Assembly (NCBI GenBank): GCA_965240325.2
Contig: OZ251223.1
Location: 3,596,001-3,660,000 of the forward strand
DNA length: 64,000 nucleotides
Direction of reading: 5' to 3'
DNA from: Rebecca billardiae RCC1528
Lineage: Eukaryota > Protista > Haptophyta
Below are positions 44,481-54,700 of this stretch, piece after piece (the first letter of the stretch is position 1; every line of letters starts with the position of its first letter). Below the pieces are notes generated by a model, which saw only the letters and a program-made list of their open reading frames with translations, was not told where the DNA came from and made no database searches. The position numbers and the translations under genes are program-made.

Positions 44481-46291
44481 ATGGCCCTAGCGCAGATGTT
44501 GGCGGGTATCGCCAGCCGCTGCTTCAGCAGCGCCATCCAGTTCAAATCGGTCCGCCACGGCACCAACGGCGCACGCGGGTGTGCGCGCGCGCATGCTCAC
44601 ACGACACGCCATCCCTGGCTGGCCCCATGCAGGTCAAGTTTGTGGTCATCCGAGACAAACGCGCTGTCGCCGTCAAGTACTTTGTGGTCCTTGCGGTGCT
44701 CGCCTACGCGATCCACCAAATGTTCGGCCCGCGCCGCGCGTACATGGCGAAGGAGGCGCCACTCGGCTACTTCAACACATGGGCGGAGGGCTGGGATCCG
44801 ACACAGGTGCCTGACGGCCTGTGCGACGGCTCCGAGGAGTGGGACTTTCGGTACGACGACTATTGGGTGTACCGCAACAACCGCTGCCGCGTCTTCTCCC
44901 GCGGCGAGGTGCTGCGCAAGCTGGAGAGCGGTGCGGGCGTGTACGTGCAGACGTACGTGCAGCACTCAAGCGTCAACGCGAGCGGCTGCCGCGACGACGG
45001 CTCAAGCTGCGCCGAGACGACGCGCACGACGCGCAACTACTTCGTCCCAGGCGTTGACGACATCACGCTGGGTATCGACCATGGCTTCCGCACCAACTCG
45101 CTGCGCACCGTGCGCAACCCGGAGACGACGCTGCTGGACGCGGACGGCGCCGAGCTGCGCCGCTTCGGCCCCGGGCCGCCGGTGCTCACCTCGCTGGGCG
45201 AGCTGCTGCGTGCGGCCGGCGTGGACTCGCTCGACGCGGAGAATCACGCCGGGCGGGTCAACGCCTCGATCGGCACGCCAAAGTACCGCATGACCGGGCT
45301 GCGGCTCCAGATCATCATCTCGTACTCCAACCTGCATACGCTGGGCGGGGCCGAGGTGGTCGCGACCATGCGCGCACTCGCGGGGAGCACAGGCTGGAAC
45401 GGGATGGGCGGCGAGGTCGACTACGTCTCGAGCGCGGGCGGTCCGCCGGGCGAGAACTACACGGTCGAGCTCCACGATCGGTACAGCTACGGCGTGCTGA
45501 TCAAGCTGAGCGCGCAGGGGCAGATCGGCGAGCCGGACCTCCTCACCTTCTTCATCGCGTTCGCCTCGGTGCTGGTGTACCTGAGCATCGCGCAGGTGTG
45601 CGCCGACATCGTGGCGGAGTTCTTGCTGGGCGATCTGTCCGAGAAGATCAAGAGGACGAAGAATCAACTCATCGCCGAGAGCGGCTCGGCCCGCTCGACT
45701 AGCCGCGTCACGGATGTGCTCTCGGAGCGTCACTCGGTGTGCGCAGTCGCTCATGACCCAGGCGTGGATGAGCCGCGAGCACAGCCTCGACTTCAGGGCA
45801 TTGGGCCCACGCCGCGGACCTCCAAGGCTAGCCGTGCGCAGAGCGATGACCAGCTCTTCAGAAAAGGGAGCGTGGCGGGCGGCTGTGACGATGAGCACGG
45901 CGCCGCGCTCAGAGCCGGTGCTGGGAGCTGGGGCCGCGCGCGGATGCAGGCACCGGACTGTGGCTTGGTGGGAGTGGCACCACCGGCGGCCGCGCTCGAC
46001 GGCGCTGAGCGCGTGAGGACCGGTGGAGGCGCTGCACACGACTTGCAGCATCGTCCGTCACTTGACGACGGCGCATACCGGCACGACAGCGTCATGGACC
46101 TCGAGTCGACAGGTTCTATGCCTGCAGACAGCGACACTGGTGGCGACGAGGCTGACGGCACGAGTCGCACGGCATTGTCAGGAGTGGGCACTGCACACCG
46201 TCAGGAGCGGCATCTCCGGTCAGATCCCCCGGTGGCCCTATGGACTCCACGGAGTGCCGCGGAGTGCGCTCCCACGGGCCTGGATGCATGA
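44481..46291 (+). CDS. P2X-receptor-like trimeric cation channel; exons 44481-44549, 44633-46291
   Basis: Spliced N-terminus FKS|VKFVVIRD (YxTxK-like); TM1; ectodomain NYFVPGVDDITLGIDH, LGELLRAAGVDSLD, YRMTGLRLQIIISYSN; YGVLIKLSAQGQIGEPD; TM2 with ADIVA; disordered tail. Confidence 0.85.
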
Positions 46292-46535
46292 CTGTGTCTG
46301 TGATGACAGGCCAGCGCGGGCTGCTGCCGACCGATGGGCAGTGTCGGGCAAGAACCTCGGGATGCGGTGGCAACGGCCTGTCGCACTTGAGTCGGGCCGT
46401 CTCGGCTGCCCGGCAATCACACTGTCTTGCTGCATGCTACTACGATTGTACGAAGTCGTAGTTAAGCTCTCTACAGTACTGTACAGTACAGTACAGTCCC
46501 GCCAGCCGGTCCAGACTCCAGAGGCACCTCGCACG

Positions 46536-47885
46536 ATGGCGGCACGCCTGGCCGCGCTTGTAGTTCTCGCTGCCCTTGTTGCCCAGAAGGGCAGCGCCGA
46601 GCTCGTGCACGAGGAGCCCGGCGAGCGCTTGCTCGTTGGTGGGCACTCGAGCTCGACGCTCGAATACGACCTTGAGCACGACGCGCCGCGTCTGCCGCCT
46701 GGCTCTGACGAGGCGCTCGAGCACCTGCGGACGCACGGCTACGTTGTGCTCGCGGGTGTGCTCAACGCGAGCGAGGTGGAGGCGGCGCGCGAGCGGCTGT
46801 GGTCCTTCCTCGAGGGCGCGGGTGCCGGCGTGCGCCGTCACGATCCGAGGACATGGGGCCGCGTCGAGCCCAACCAGTACGGCATCGTATGGAACCATGG
46901 CGCGGCGCACTCGGAGCTCATGTGGCGCGTCCGAACTGCGCCCGCGCTGCTGCAGACCTTCGAGCGGCTGTGGGGCACCGATGACCTTCTTGTCAGCTTC
47001 GAGGGCTTCTCCTTCTTCCCGCCCGTTGAGCACGAGGGCGACTTCGGCACCCCGCTCGCAGAGGGCTGGTTCCACACGGACCAGAACGGCGTCTCGCGGC
47101 CCGGCCTGCAGACCATCCAGAGCTTTGTCAGCCTGTACGACCAGGACGCGTCGACGGGCGCGTTCCTCGTCGTGCCGGGCTCGCACGAGCATCACGGCGC
47201 GCTGACGGCACGCGTGCGCGCCGCGCGCCCCGGCACGCCCGACGACCAGCAGTTCCTACTCGTGCCGCCGGACGACCCACTGCTCACCGCGGCGCCGCCC
47301 ACGCTGGTACGCTGCCGCGCCGGCGACGCGGTGCTGTGGGACTCGCGGGCGGTGCACTGCAACACGCCGTCGCTCGCACGCACGACGGCGTGGCGCCGCA
47401 CGGCGCGCGCCGAGCCGCCGGCGCACACGGTGGCGTCGCCGCCGCAGCCCGCGCGCGTCGTCGCATACGCGTCATTTGCGCCGCGCGTGCGCGCGCCGCA
47501 CGCGGTGCTTGGAGCGCGCAAGCGCGCGTTCTTCATGTCGCAGGCGTGCACGCACTGGCCCTTCGACGCGAAGTGCGTGCCGATGCGCGGCGCTGGGCGC
47601 GCGAAGCTGCCCACCGACCTCGAGGACGACCGACAGCTTCTCCTCGTCGGATTCCCCAACTCTACCGACGAGCTCGCCAAGTTCCGGCGCATACTGACTG
47701 TGGGCCACGCGCAGGCGAGAGCGGACGAGCAAGCTGCGCGCGGCCGGCAGCCAAGGCCCCGTGAGCAAGCTAAGCGAGCGGATGCGGGGGCACCTGCGGG
47801 CCCGGACCTGAAAGAGAAGGTCCTCGAGGCTCGGGCCGCGGAGCTTCGCGACCTGCGGGGATTGCACCTGCACGACGAGCTGTGA
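46536..47885 (+). CDS. PhyH-family Fe(II)/2-oxoglutarate dioxygenase with signal peptide and C-terminal HDEL
   Basis: HLRTHGYVVLAGVL; WFHTDQ (HxD); TGAFLVVPGSHE; AGDAVLWDSRAVHCN; ends ...LHDEL-stop. Confidence 0.88.
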   Translation: MAARLAALVVLAALVAQKGSAELVHEEPGERLLVGGHSSSTLEYDLEHDAPRLPPGSDEALEHLRTHGYVVLAGVLNASEVEAARERLWSFLEGAGAGVRRHDPRTWGRVEPNQYGIVWNHGAAHSELMWRVRTAPALLQTFERLWGTDDLLVSFEGFSFFPPVEHEGDFGTPLAEGWFHTDQNGVSRPGLQTIQSFVSLYDQDASTGAFLVVPGSHEHHGALTARVRAARPGTPDDQQFLLVPPDDPLLTAAPPTLVRCRAGDAVLWDSRAVHCNTPSLARTTAWRRTARAEPPAHTVASPPQPARVVAYASFAPRVRAPHAVLGARKRAFFMSQACTHWPFDAKCVPMRGAGRAKLPTDLEDDRQLLLVGFPNSTDELAKFRRILTVGHAQARADEQAARGRQPRPREQAKRADAGAPAGPDLKEKVLEARAAELRDLRGLHLHDEL

Positions 47886-48702
47886 TGAGTGCGCGAAGTC
47901 GAACGGCGCGCGTGATGCCAACATAAAACTAGCGCACGCATCCGCATCGTCACGATCGTCACCCTTGACCCTAATCAATATATATCGTCAATATGCCGCT
48001 CACCCGCTGGGTCAAACTCAAAGTAGTGTCTGATCGCGATGATCGCGCGAAGCGAAAGTGTCCGGGATGACGAACAGAGATCGACTACTCGATTAATAAT
48101 TAATTAACATGATCTGACACAAGTGCGCATGACGATCGGACACTTTATTACTACGACCGCCGTTTACGTAAGGTTCCGGCCGTGCCGTAGGTCTACGTAG
48201 TGACGATCCGTACGTATATGAATCATGCAAATATTCATCAATATGTCAATATATGTCATTCGGTCATGCACGCAGAGTCTCAGACTCGTCGCGTCCGAGT
48301 CGTCATTTAAGGTTTTAAGACGATCTGACGACGTATAGTTCGCTGGTGGCAACGACTAAAGTAGACTACTCAGTGAGTAACGAGGGCTGATTGATTGATG
48401 ACGATCGGTCATCGCGGGCCGAATCGCGCGGGATCGGAGCGGACGTCACGGACCGGCAGAGTGTCAGGTCAGCTGGCAGGCAGGCTGTCTGTCACTGTCT
48501 CAATCAACGGCGACTGACGGCCAGCGGTGTCACTCATCGGCAGCCCTGTCACCGCTCCGCATCCGAGCGGCAGGCTTCATATCGCGGCCGACGCGTATCG
48601 TCAGGTCTTCGGAGTGAGTCAGGATTCGTCAGGGAGGCCGCCATCACTCATCAAGCCGCGATCAGGCTCCGCGACAGCAGTCGCAACTGCAAGCTCACTC
48701 GC

Positions 48703-50265
48703 TCAGCGCAGCGGCTCACTCTGCGCCACCTGCTCGCCCTGCGCCCAACGCCCGCCGGCGGGCCCGCCATCCCCGTCGGCGAAGGCGCGCCTGCCATCAG
48801 CGCCCAGCCACTCCGCCTTGGGCGGGAGCACCGCGTACTTCAGGAAGCGCAGGTCGACGCCTCCGCACTCGATGGCCATCTTGCGGCTCGTCTTCATCCG
48901 CAGGTGCTGCGTGAGCCGCGAGTTGCCGCACAGCAGCCAGGCGTCGAGCCCGGCCTCGCCCGAGTTGCGCTTGAGGAAGCGGCCGAGGGCGGACCACGCG
49001 GACTCGCCGTCACCGTCACCGTCACGCCCTGCCGACGCGAGCTCGTCGAGCCAGCTCTCGTCCGCGCCCGTGCGCCGCGCGTCCCCGCCGCGGCCGCGGC
49101 TCTGCGGCCCGGCATCGCGCGTGCGCCGCCCGTCGCCGCTCGCCGAGAGGCGGAGGTCCCACGGCGGGTTGGTGATGACGAGCGTGGGCTGGCGGGAGGG
49201 CCGGTAGTCGAGCACATCCTCGCACGTGAGCGTCGCGAGCGACTCGAGCCCCACGCGGCGCAGCGCCTGCTGCGCCAGCCGGAGCGCGCCCGCGTGGTGG
49301 TCGTTGAGCTGCAGCGAGATTGTGCTCGGGGTCACGGCCGCGGCGGCGCGCTCCACGTGCTCGGCCCACTGGGCGCGGTCGTAGTCGGGCCAGAAGCAGA
49401 GAGGGGGCTCGTCAGGCGGCGCGTCGTCGTCCGCGCTCGCGCCGCGCGCCGCGCCCCAGCGCAGCAGCCCCGGCGCCGTGTGCGTCGCGATCAACGCCGC
49501 CTCGACGCCGAGCGTGCCTGAGCCGCACATCGGGTCGCACAGGACGGTGGTGTCGGGGTCGAGGTCGGTGCCGAGGCCGGCCTCGAGCAGCAGCCCGGCG
49601 GCGAGATTCTCGCGCAGCGCGGCCACATGCATCTGCTCGCGGTACCCGCGGCGGTGCAGCGAGCCGTACGGCGAGAGGTAGCGGAAGAGCCACGCCTCGT
49701 CCTCGTGCACGTGCACCTGCAGCGGGAGGTGCGGCGCGCGCGTGTCGACGGAGGGGCGGCGGCCGCCGTGGGCGTCGCGCAGGACGTCGACGAGCGCGTT
49801 CTTCACCGTGAGCGCGGTGAAGTGCGTGTTCGAGAGCGAGCGGTCGACCGAGCCGATCGTCGCGTCGACAGCGAACGTGCAATCCTCGATCTCGCGCACG
49901 CCGCACGCAGCCGTCGTGAGCTGCCGCTCCCATGGCAGCGTGCGCGCAAAGTCGAAGAGCAGCTCCTTGGTGAACCACGTGGTCTCATCCGCGCGAGGCG
50001 GCGGCGGCGCGCGCTCGGTGGCGAGCAGCTCCATCACCCGGTTCGCCGAGCGCAGCCACAGGACGGCGTCCATGCCGGTCGCGCTGTCGCCATCAAACCA
50101 GCAGCCGGCGCGGGCCTCCTCGACGTTCTGAGCCGAGATCGGCGCGGCGCGCAGCTCGCGCGCGAGCACGACCTCCAGCCCGCGGGGGCACGCCGCGAAG
50201 AAGCTGCGCGCCCGCGCTGCTCCCGCTAACATGGACGCCGCGAGCACGGCGGCCACGAGGCGCAT
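48703..50265 (-). CDS. THUMP-domain RNA m2G methyltransferase (RlmL-like)
   Basis: FFAACPRGLEVVLAREL; LWLRSANRV; VKNALVD; SLHRRGYR; ALRENLAAGLL; DPMCGSGT; ITNPPW. Confidence 0.92.
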   Translation of the reverse strand: MRLVAAVLAASMLAGAARARSFFAACPRGLEVVLARELRAAPISAQNVEEARAGCWFDGDSATGMDAVLWLRSANRVMELLATERAPPPPRADETTWFTKELLFDFARTLPWERQLTTAACGVREIEDCTFAVDATIGSVDRSLSNTHFTALTVKNALVDVLRDAHGGRRPSVDTRAPHLPLQVHVHEDEAWLFRYLSPYGSLHRRGYREQMHVAALRENLAAGLLLEAGLGTDLDPDTTVLCDPMCGSGTLGVEAALIATHTAPGLLRWGAARGASADDDAPPDEPPLCFWPDYDRAQWAEHVERAAAAVTPSTISLQLNDHHAGALRLAQQALRRVGLESLATLTCEDVLDYRPSRQPTLVITNPPWDLRLSASGDGRRTRDAGPQSRGRGGDARRTGADESWLDELASAGRDGDGDGESAWSALGRFLKRNSGEAGLDAWLLCGNSRLTQHLRMKTSRKMAIECGGVDLRFLKYAVLPPKAEWLGADGRRAFADGDGGPAGGRWAQGEQVAQSEPLR

Positions 50266-50466
50266 GGTCCGAAGCCGTCCGCGCGGGCCGGGTTCCCGAG
50301 GCCGGCGACCGTTCTGCGACCGCCCGGCGACGTGCTGAAATACACGAAACCTCGTCGGCAGCCATCGCGCTCGCGTGAAGCGAGTTGCCTTGGCCAGGCC
50401 GGGAGGGGAGAGAGGAAGCGCGTTCCGCGCGTCGCCGGTCGCGACTCGTCGTGCGAAACCATCAGC

Positions 50467-51435
50467 ATGGCCGCCGCCGCGATTTTCGTCATCACCCTCT
50501 CCTCACCATCTTGGCAGGGGGGCATCGCGGGCCGAGCGCGCGCCGGGCGCTCGCTCGCCCGCATGGACGCGCGCGTGACCGAGCGGGCGATCTTCTCCTT
50601 CGGGGGTGCCGAGCGCGCGCGCAGCCTGGAGTATTTTGAGCGCGTGGACGACCAGATCATGGGCGGGATCTCACAATCGAGCATCGTCGCAGCAGCCGGA
50701 GCCGACGGCGCGGCGTTCCGCGGCGTGGTGCGCACGGACGGCGGCGGGTTCTGTGGCACGCGTACCCGCCTCTTCGCCTCGCCGCTCGACCTGCGCGACT
50801 TCTCGGGCATCTACCTCCGCGCGCGCGGCGACGGGCAGAGATACAAGGTGAACGTTCGTACCGCGCCTGAGGTGGGCGAGCTCGTGTACCAGTGCTCCTT
50901 CTTGCCGCCAGCCGGCGAGCGCGCGGCGACCGTGCGGATCCCGTTCAGCGCCTTCCGCTGCGTCCGGCGCTCGACGCCCGTGCCCGACGCGCCTCCGCTC
51001 GATGCGCGCACGATCTACCAGCTCGGCCTGGTGCTCTCGCGGTTTGCGCAAGGCGAGGACGACTACAACGACGCGTTCCGACCGGGCCCTTTCTGCCTGG
51101 AGATCGACGAGATCGGCGCGTACCGCGACGCCGCGCTGTTTGCGTCGAGCGTTGACCCCGCGCCGCCGCCCGCCGAAGCGTCGCTCGCAGCTGCGCCGCT
51201 CTCGCGCGGCCTCGAGCTCATGCCCGAGGGCAAGGTGCGCCGGCCGCGGCCGCGCGGGCCGCGCGCGCTCCTCTTCCGCCTGCTGGGCGGCCGCTTCCGC
51301 AAGAAGCTGCGCGCGCGCGTCGCGGCGCGGCGCAGCGCGCGTGCCGCCCAGCTGCTCGAGCAGCGCAAGGCGGGGAGGACCATCTCCGAGCTGCGGCGCG
51401 CCGAGCTGGAGCCTGGGCCGGAGAAGGCAGATTGA
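50467..51435 (+). CDS. CIA30/NDUFAF1-domain protein, probably plastid-targeted
   Basis: VDDQIMGGISQS; FRGVVRTDGGGFCGTR; IYLRARGDGQRYK; VRIPFSAF; GPFCLEI. Confidence 0.9.
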   Translation: MAAAAIFVITLSSPSWQGGIAGRARAGRSLARMDARVTERAIFSFGGAERARSLEYFERVDDQIMGGISQSSIVAAAGADGAAFRGVVRTDGGGFCGTRTRLFASPLDLRDFSGIYLRARGDGQRYKVNVRTAPEVGELVYQCSFLPPAGERAATVRIPFSAFRCVRRSTPVPDAPPLDARTIYQLGLVLSRFAQGEDDYNDAFRPGPFCLEIDEIGAYRDAALFASSVDPAPPPAEASLAAAPLSRGLELMPEGKVRRPRPRGPRALLFRLLGGRFRKKLRARVAARRSARAAQLLEQRKAGRTISELRRAELEPGPEKAD

Positions 51436-51743
51436 CCACCCACGCCGCATGCGGCGTACATGGCGCGTTCACGGCCGGGATACGTCCCAGCGAGACGGAG
51501 TTATTGAGCGAGTCTGCCGGAGCGTACCGTATGTGTGCAGTTTACTACTTTACTATACTACTTCTAGTAACTACTACTACTACTATCATACAAAAAAGTC
51601 GTCGTTTATTACCCGCTTCCCCATCTGCCACGGGCCGAGGGAAGCGAGCCGACGTAGAATTCTACGTCGGGTCTCAAGGGGTGCCAGCTGTCCATCCGAG
51701 ACCCTTCCGCGAATCCGCGCGGGCGGGTATCGTGCGCGGTGGG

Positions 51744-54700
51744 ATGCTGCGCGGCGTGGCGCTGCTGCTCGCACCGGCGGTGGCGCTTGCGGGCGTGGTG
51801 CGCGTGAACGTGGGCGCCTTCTTCTCCGAGACCACCCCGCTCGCCGCCATCGCCACGTACCGCCTCCTCGACTTCGAGGGCACCAACCACTCGTACCGCT
51901 TCTCGTTCTACAACATGCAGACGGGCGCGCACGCAAACGCGATGCTGCAGGCGGAGGACCTGGACATCTCGGTCGTGGGCAGCCCACCGTGGGTGCTCGG
52001 CACCGCGCGCCGCCTACGCTTCACCGCCGTGTACGTCCTCTCCGAGGCGGGCGGCACATCCGCGCTCGTGGCGCGCGCGGGCTCGGGCATCGTCAACCCG
52101 ACGCACCTGAGCGGCAAGGTGGTCGCGGTGAGCCGGCACTCGACGGTGCACTACCACCTGCTCTTCCTGCTCGACATCCTCTCGATCCCGCCGTCGCGCG
52201 TCGACATCCGCTTCCTCGACCCCGACGCCATCGAGCGCGCGTGGGACGAGGGCGAGATCGACGCGGCGTTCACGTGGGGCACGGCGCTCGAGCACGTGAC
52301 CAGGGCGGGCGGGCACGTGGTGATCACGTCGGGGCAGCTGGGCGCGTGGGGGCGGCGCGCGTTCAACATCGTCGTCGCGCGCGACGCCTTCGCCCGCGAC
52401 CACCCCGAGGCCGTCCAGCGCGTCGTCCGCGTCGCGGACGCGGCGGAGCGCAGCCTGCGCGTCGAGCCGATGGCGTGGGAGCTGCCGGGCGGCGGGGACG
52501 AGGAGGAGGAGGGCGGCGCGCGCGCGGGCTGGACGGTGTTCGAGGGGGCCGCGGCGCTCAACGTGGCCGCGCTCGTCCACGCGCGGCGGCACGCCGACGC
52601 GCTCTCGCAGGGCGGCGGGCGCGCGGGCGTCGACGCGCAGCGCTGGCTGGCGCGCGCGCTCAACGTGAGCGCGCGCACGCTCAACCTCACCGCCGCCGAG
52701 GAGGCGGAGGCGCGCGCGATGGTGCGCGACGAGCCGATCGGGCTGAGGCAGTACACGTTCATCTCCACGCGCGCGCAGCTCTCCGCCGCGTGGTTCGGCG
52801 CCGGCCTCCTCGCCGAGGCGGCCAACGTCCTCGACTTCATCCTCGAGCAGAAGCTGCTTGCGAGGCGCGCGGGGGAGGACGCGGCCGGCTGGTTTGACGC
52901 GCGCTGGGTGCGCGCCGCGCTGGAGGCGCGGCTGGAGGGGCTGCCCGAGGCGGTCGAGCTCGCCGGGCCCGTGCCGTCCGACGAGCTCCTCGAGCGGCTC
53001 AGCCTCTCCGACTCGGAGGGCGCGCCGCTGGAAGCCGGCTCGGCCGACGACGCCGGCTGCAACCGCGCGCACGTGGCCGAGCTCGAGCTGGGCGGCGCGT
53101 CGGCGGGCGGCGCGCACTGGGTGTCGATGCTCGCGAGCAGCGCGTCCAACCGCACCGCGCGCACCTGCGCGGTGCTCGTCCGCGCCCCCGCCGCCGACCT
53201 CGTCCGCGTCGAGCTCTCCCTGCTCGCGCTCGACGTGCTGACGGACACGCTGCGCGTCTTCTCCGGACCGGGCGCGCTCGCGGCCGCGCGCGTGGAGCTC
53301 TCGGCGGAGCAGGCGCGCGACGGCGTGGCGCAGGCGTGGGCGGCGGCGCAGGCGGCGCGCGCGGGCAACGCCACGCTCGTCGCCGACTACACCGGCATGA
53401 TCTCCGCCCGCGCCGCCGAGCGCGGCGAGGACTCGCGCGCGGTGCTCGCGCCTCTCGCCGTGCTCGCGCCGCCGCCGCTGCTGATCGTGCTCGAGCTCGA
53501 CGGCCACGTGTACCAGCCGCTGGGCGGCTGGGTGCAGCAGGGCGTGGCGCTCAACGTGAGCGCGGCCGCGTGCGTCTCGCGCGCCGCCTCGTGCAGCGGC
53601 CACGGCGAGTGCGCGCCCGACGGCCTCGCGTGCGAGTGCGACGGCGGCTTCTACGGCTCGGCGTGCGGCGCGGGCCGGTGCATGGGCACGGTCGAGGCGC
53701 GGCGCGCGCCCGGCGAGGCGGCGTACGGCCTGACGGACGGGTCGTACAGCCTGCCGGGGTACGCGGCGCTGCGCACGGCCGAGTGCCGCTGGGTCCTCTC
53801 CGCGCCGCCCGGCTCGCTCCCCGTCCTCGACTTCGACGCCATCGACGTGCTGCCGTCGGCCGCGCACATCAACGTGTACGCGGGGCGCGCGCCGCTGCTC
53901 GACGCGCTCGTCGTCTCGCTCTCGGGCAACTTCTCGCGGCACGAGCTGCCCACGGCGATCTCGCCGACGCGGCTGCAGCTCGAGATCGCCGCCGCGGCGG
54001 GCGGCGGCAGCCCCGACGGCCGCGTCGAGATGCTCCTCACGCTGCGCGCCTCGGAGGTGTCGGCGCCCTCGCGCTTCGACGCGCGCTTCTGGGCGCGCGA
54101 CGCCGGCGGCGCCGGGTGCGCGCAGGCGGCGGGCGGCGAGGTGTGCAGCGGCGCGGGGACGTGCCACGCGGACGGCACGTGCGAGTGCGACGCGGGCCGG
54201 TACGGCGACAACTGCTGGGCCGCCGCGTGCCTCCCGGGCCTGCCCGTGCTGCACACGGCGCGCGAGGGCGAGCTCTGGTCGTGGCCGCCAGCCGAGCGCG
54301 CCGCGGGCGGCGCCGCCGCGGCCACCAACTGGCACTCGCTCGACTGCCGCTGGGCGATCGCGCCGCCGGCGACGGTCGCGTCGTCGCGCGCGGGCGGCGC
54401 ACCGCGCGCGCTCCGCGGCCTCCGCTTCGGCCTGCTCGACGCCGCGCGCTACCGGCCCGAGCCCTTCCTCGACGCGACGGTCGTCACCGACCTGTCCGCA
54501 TCCGTCACGCACGTCGGGCTGGTGTGGCGAGGCGGCGACTTTTGCTTCGCCGACCAGGAGTGCCGCAACCAGGGCGTGTGCGCGAACGCGATCTACTCGA
54601 CGGGCACGCCGGGGCAGTGCGAGTGCAGGCCCGGCTTCTGGGGCGTCGACTGCGCCAGCCCGACCACCCTCTTCCTCGGAGCGGCCGAGCTGCTCGCGCC

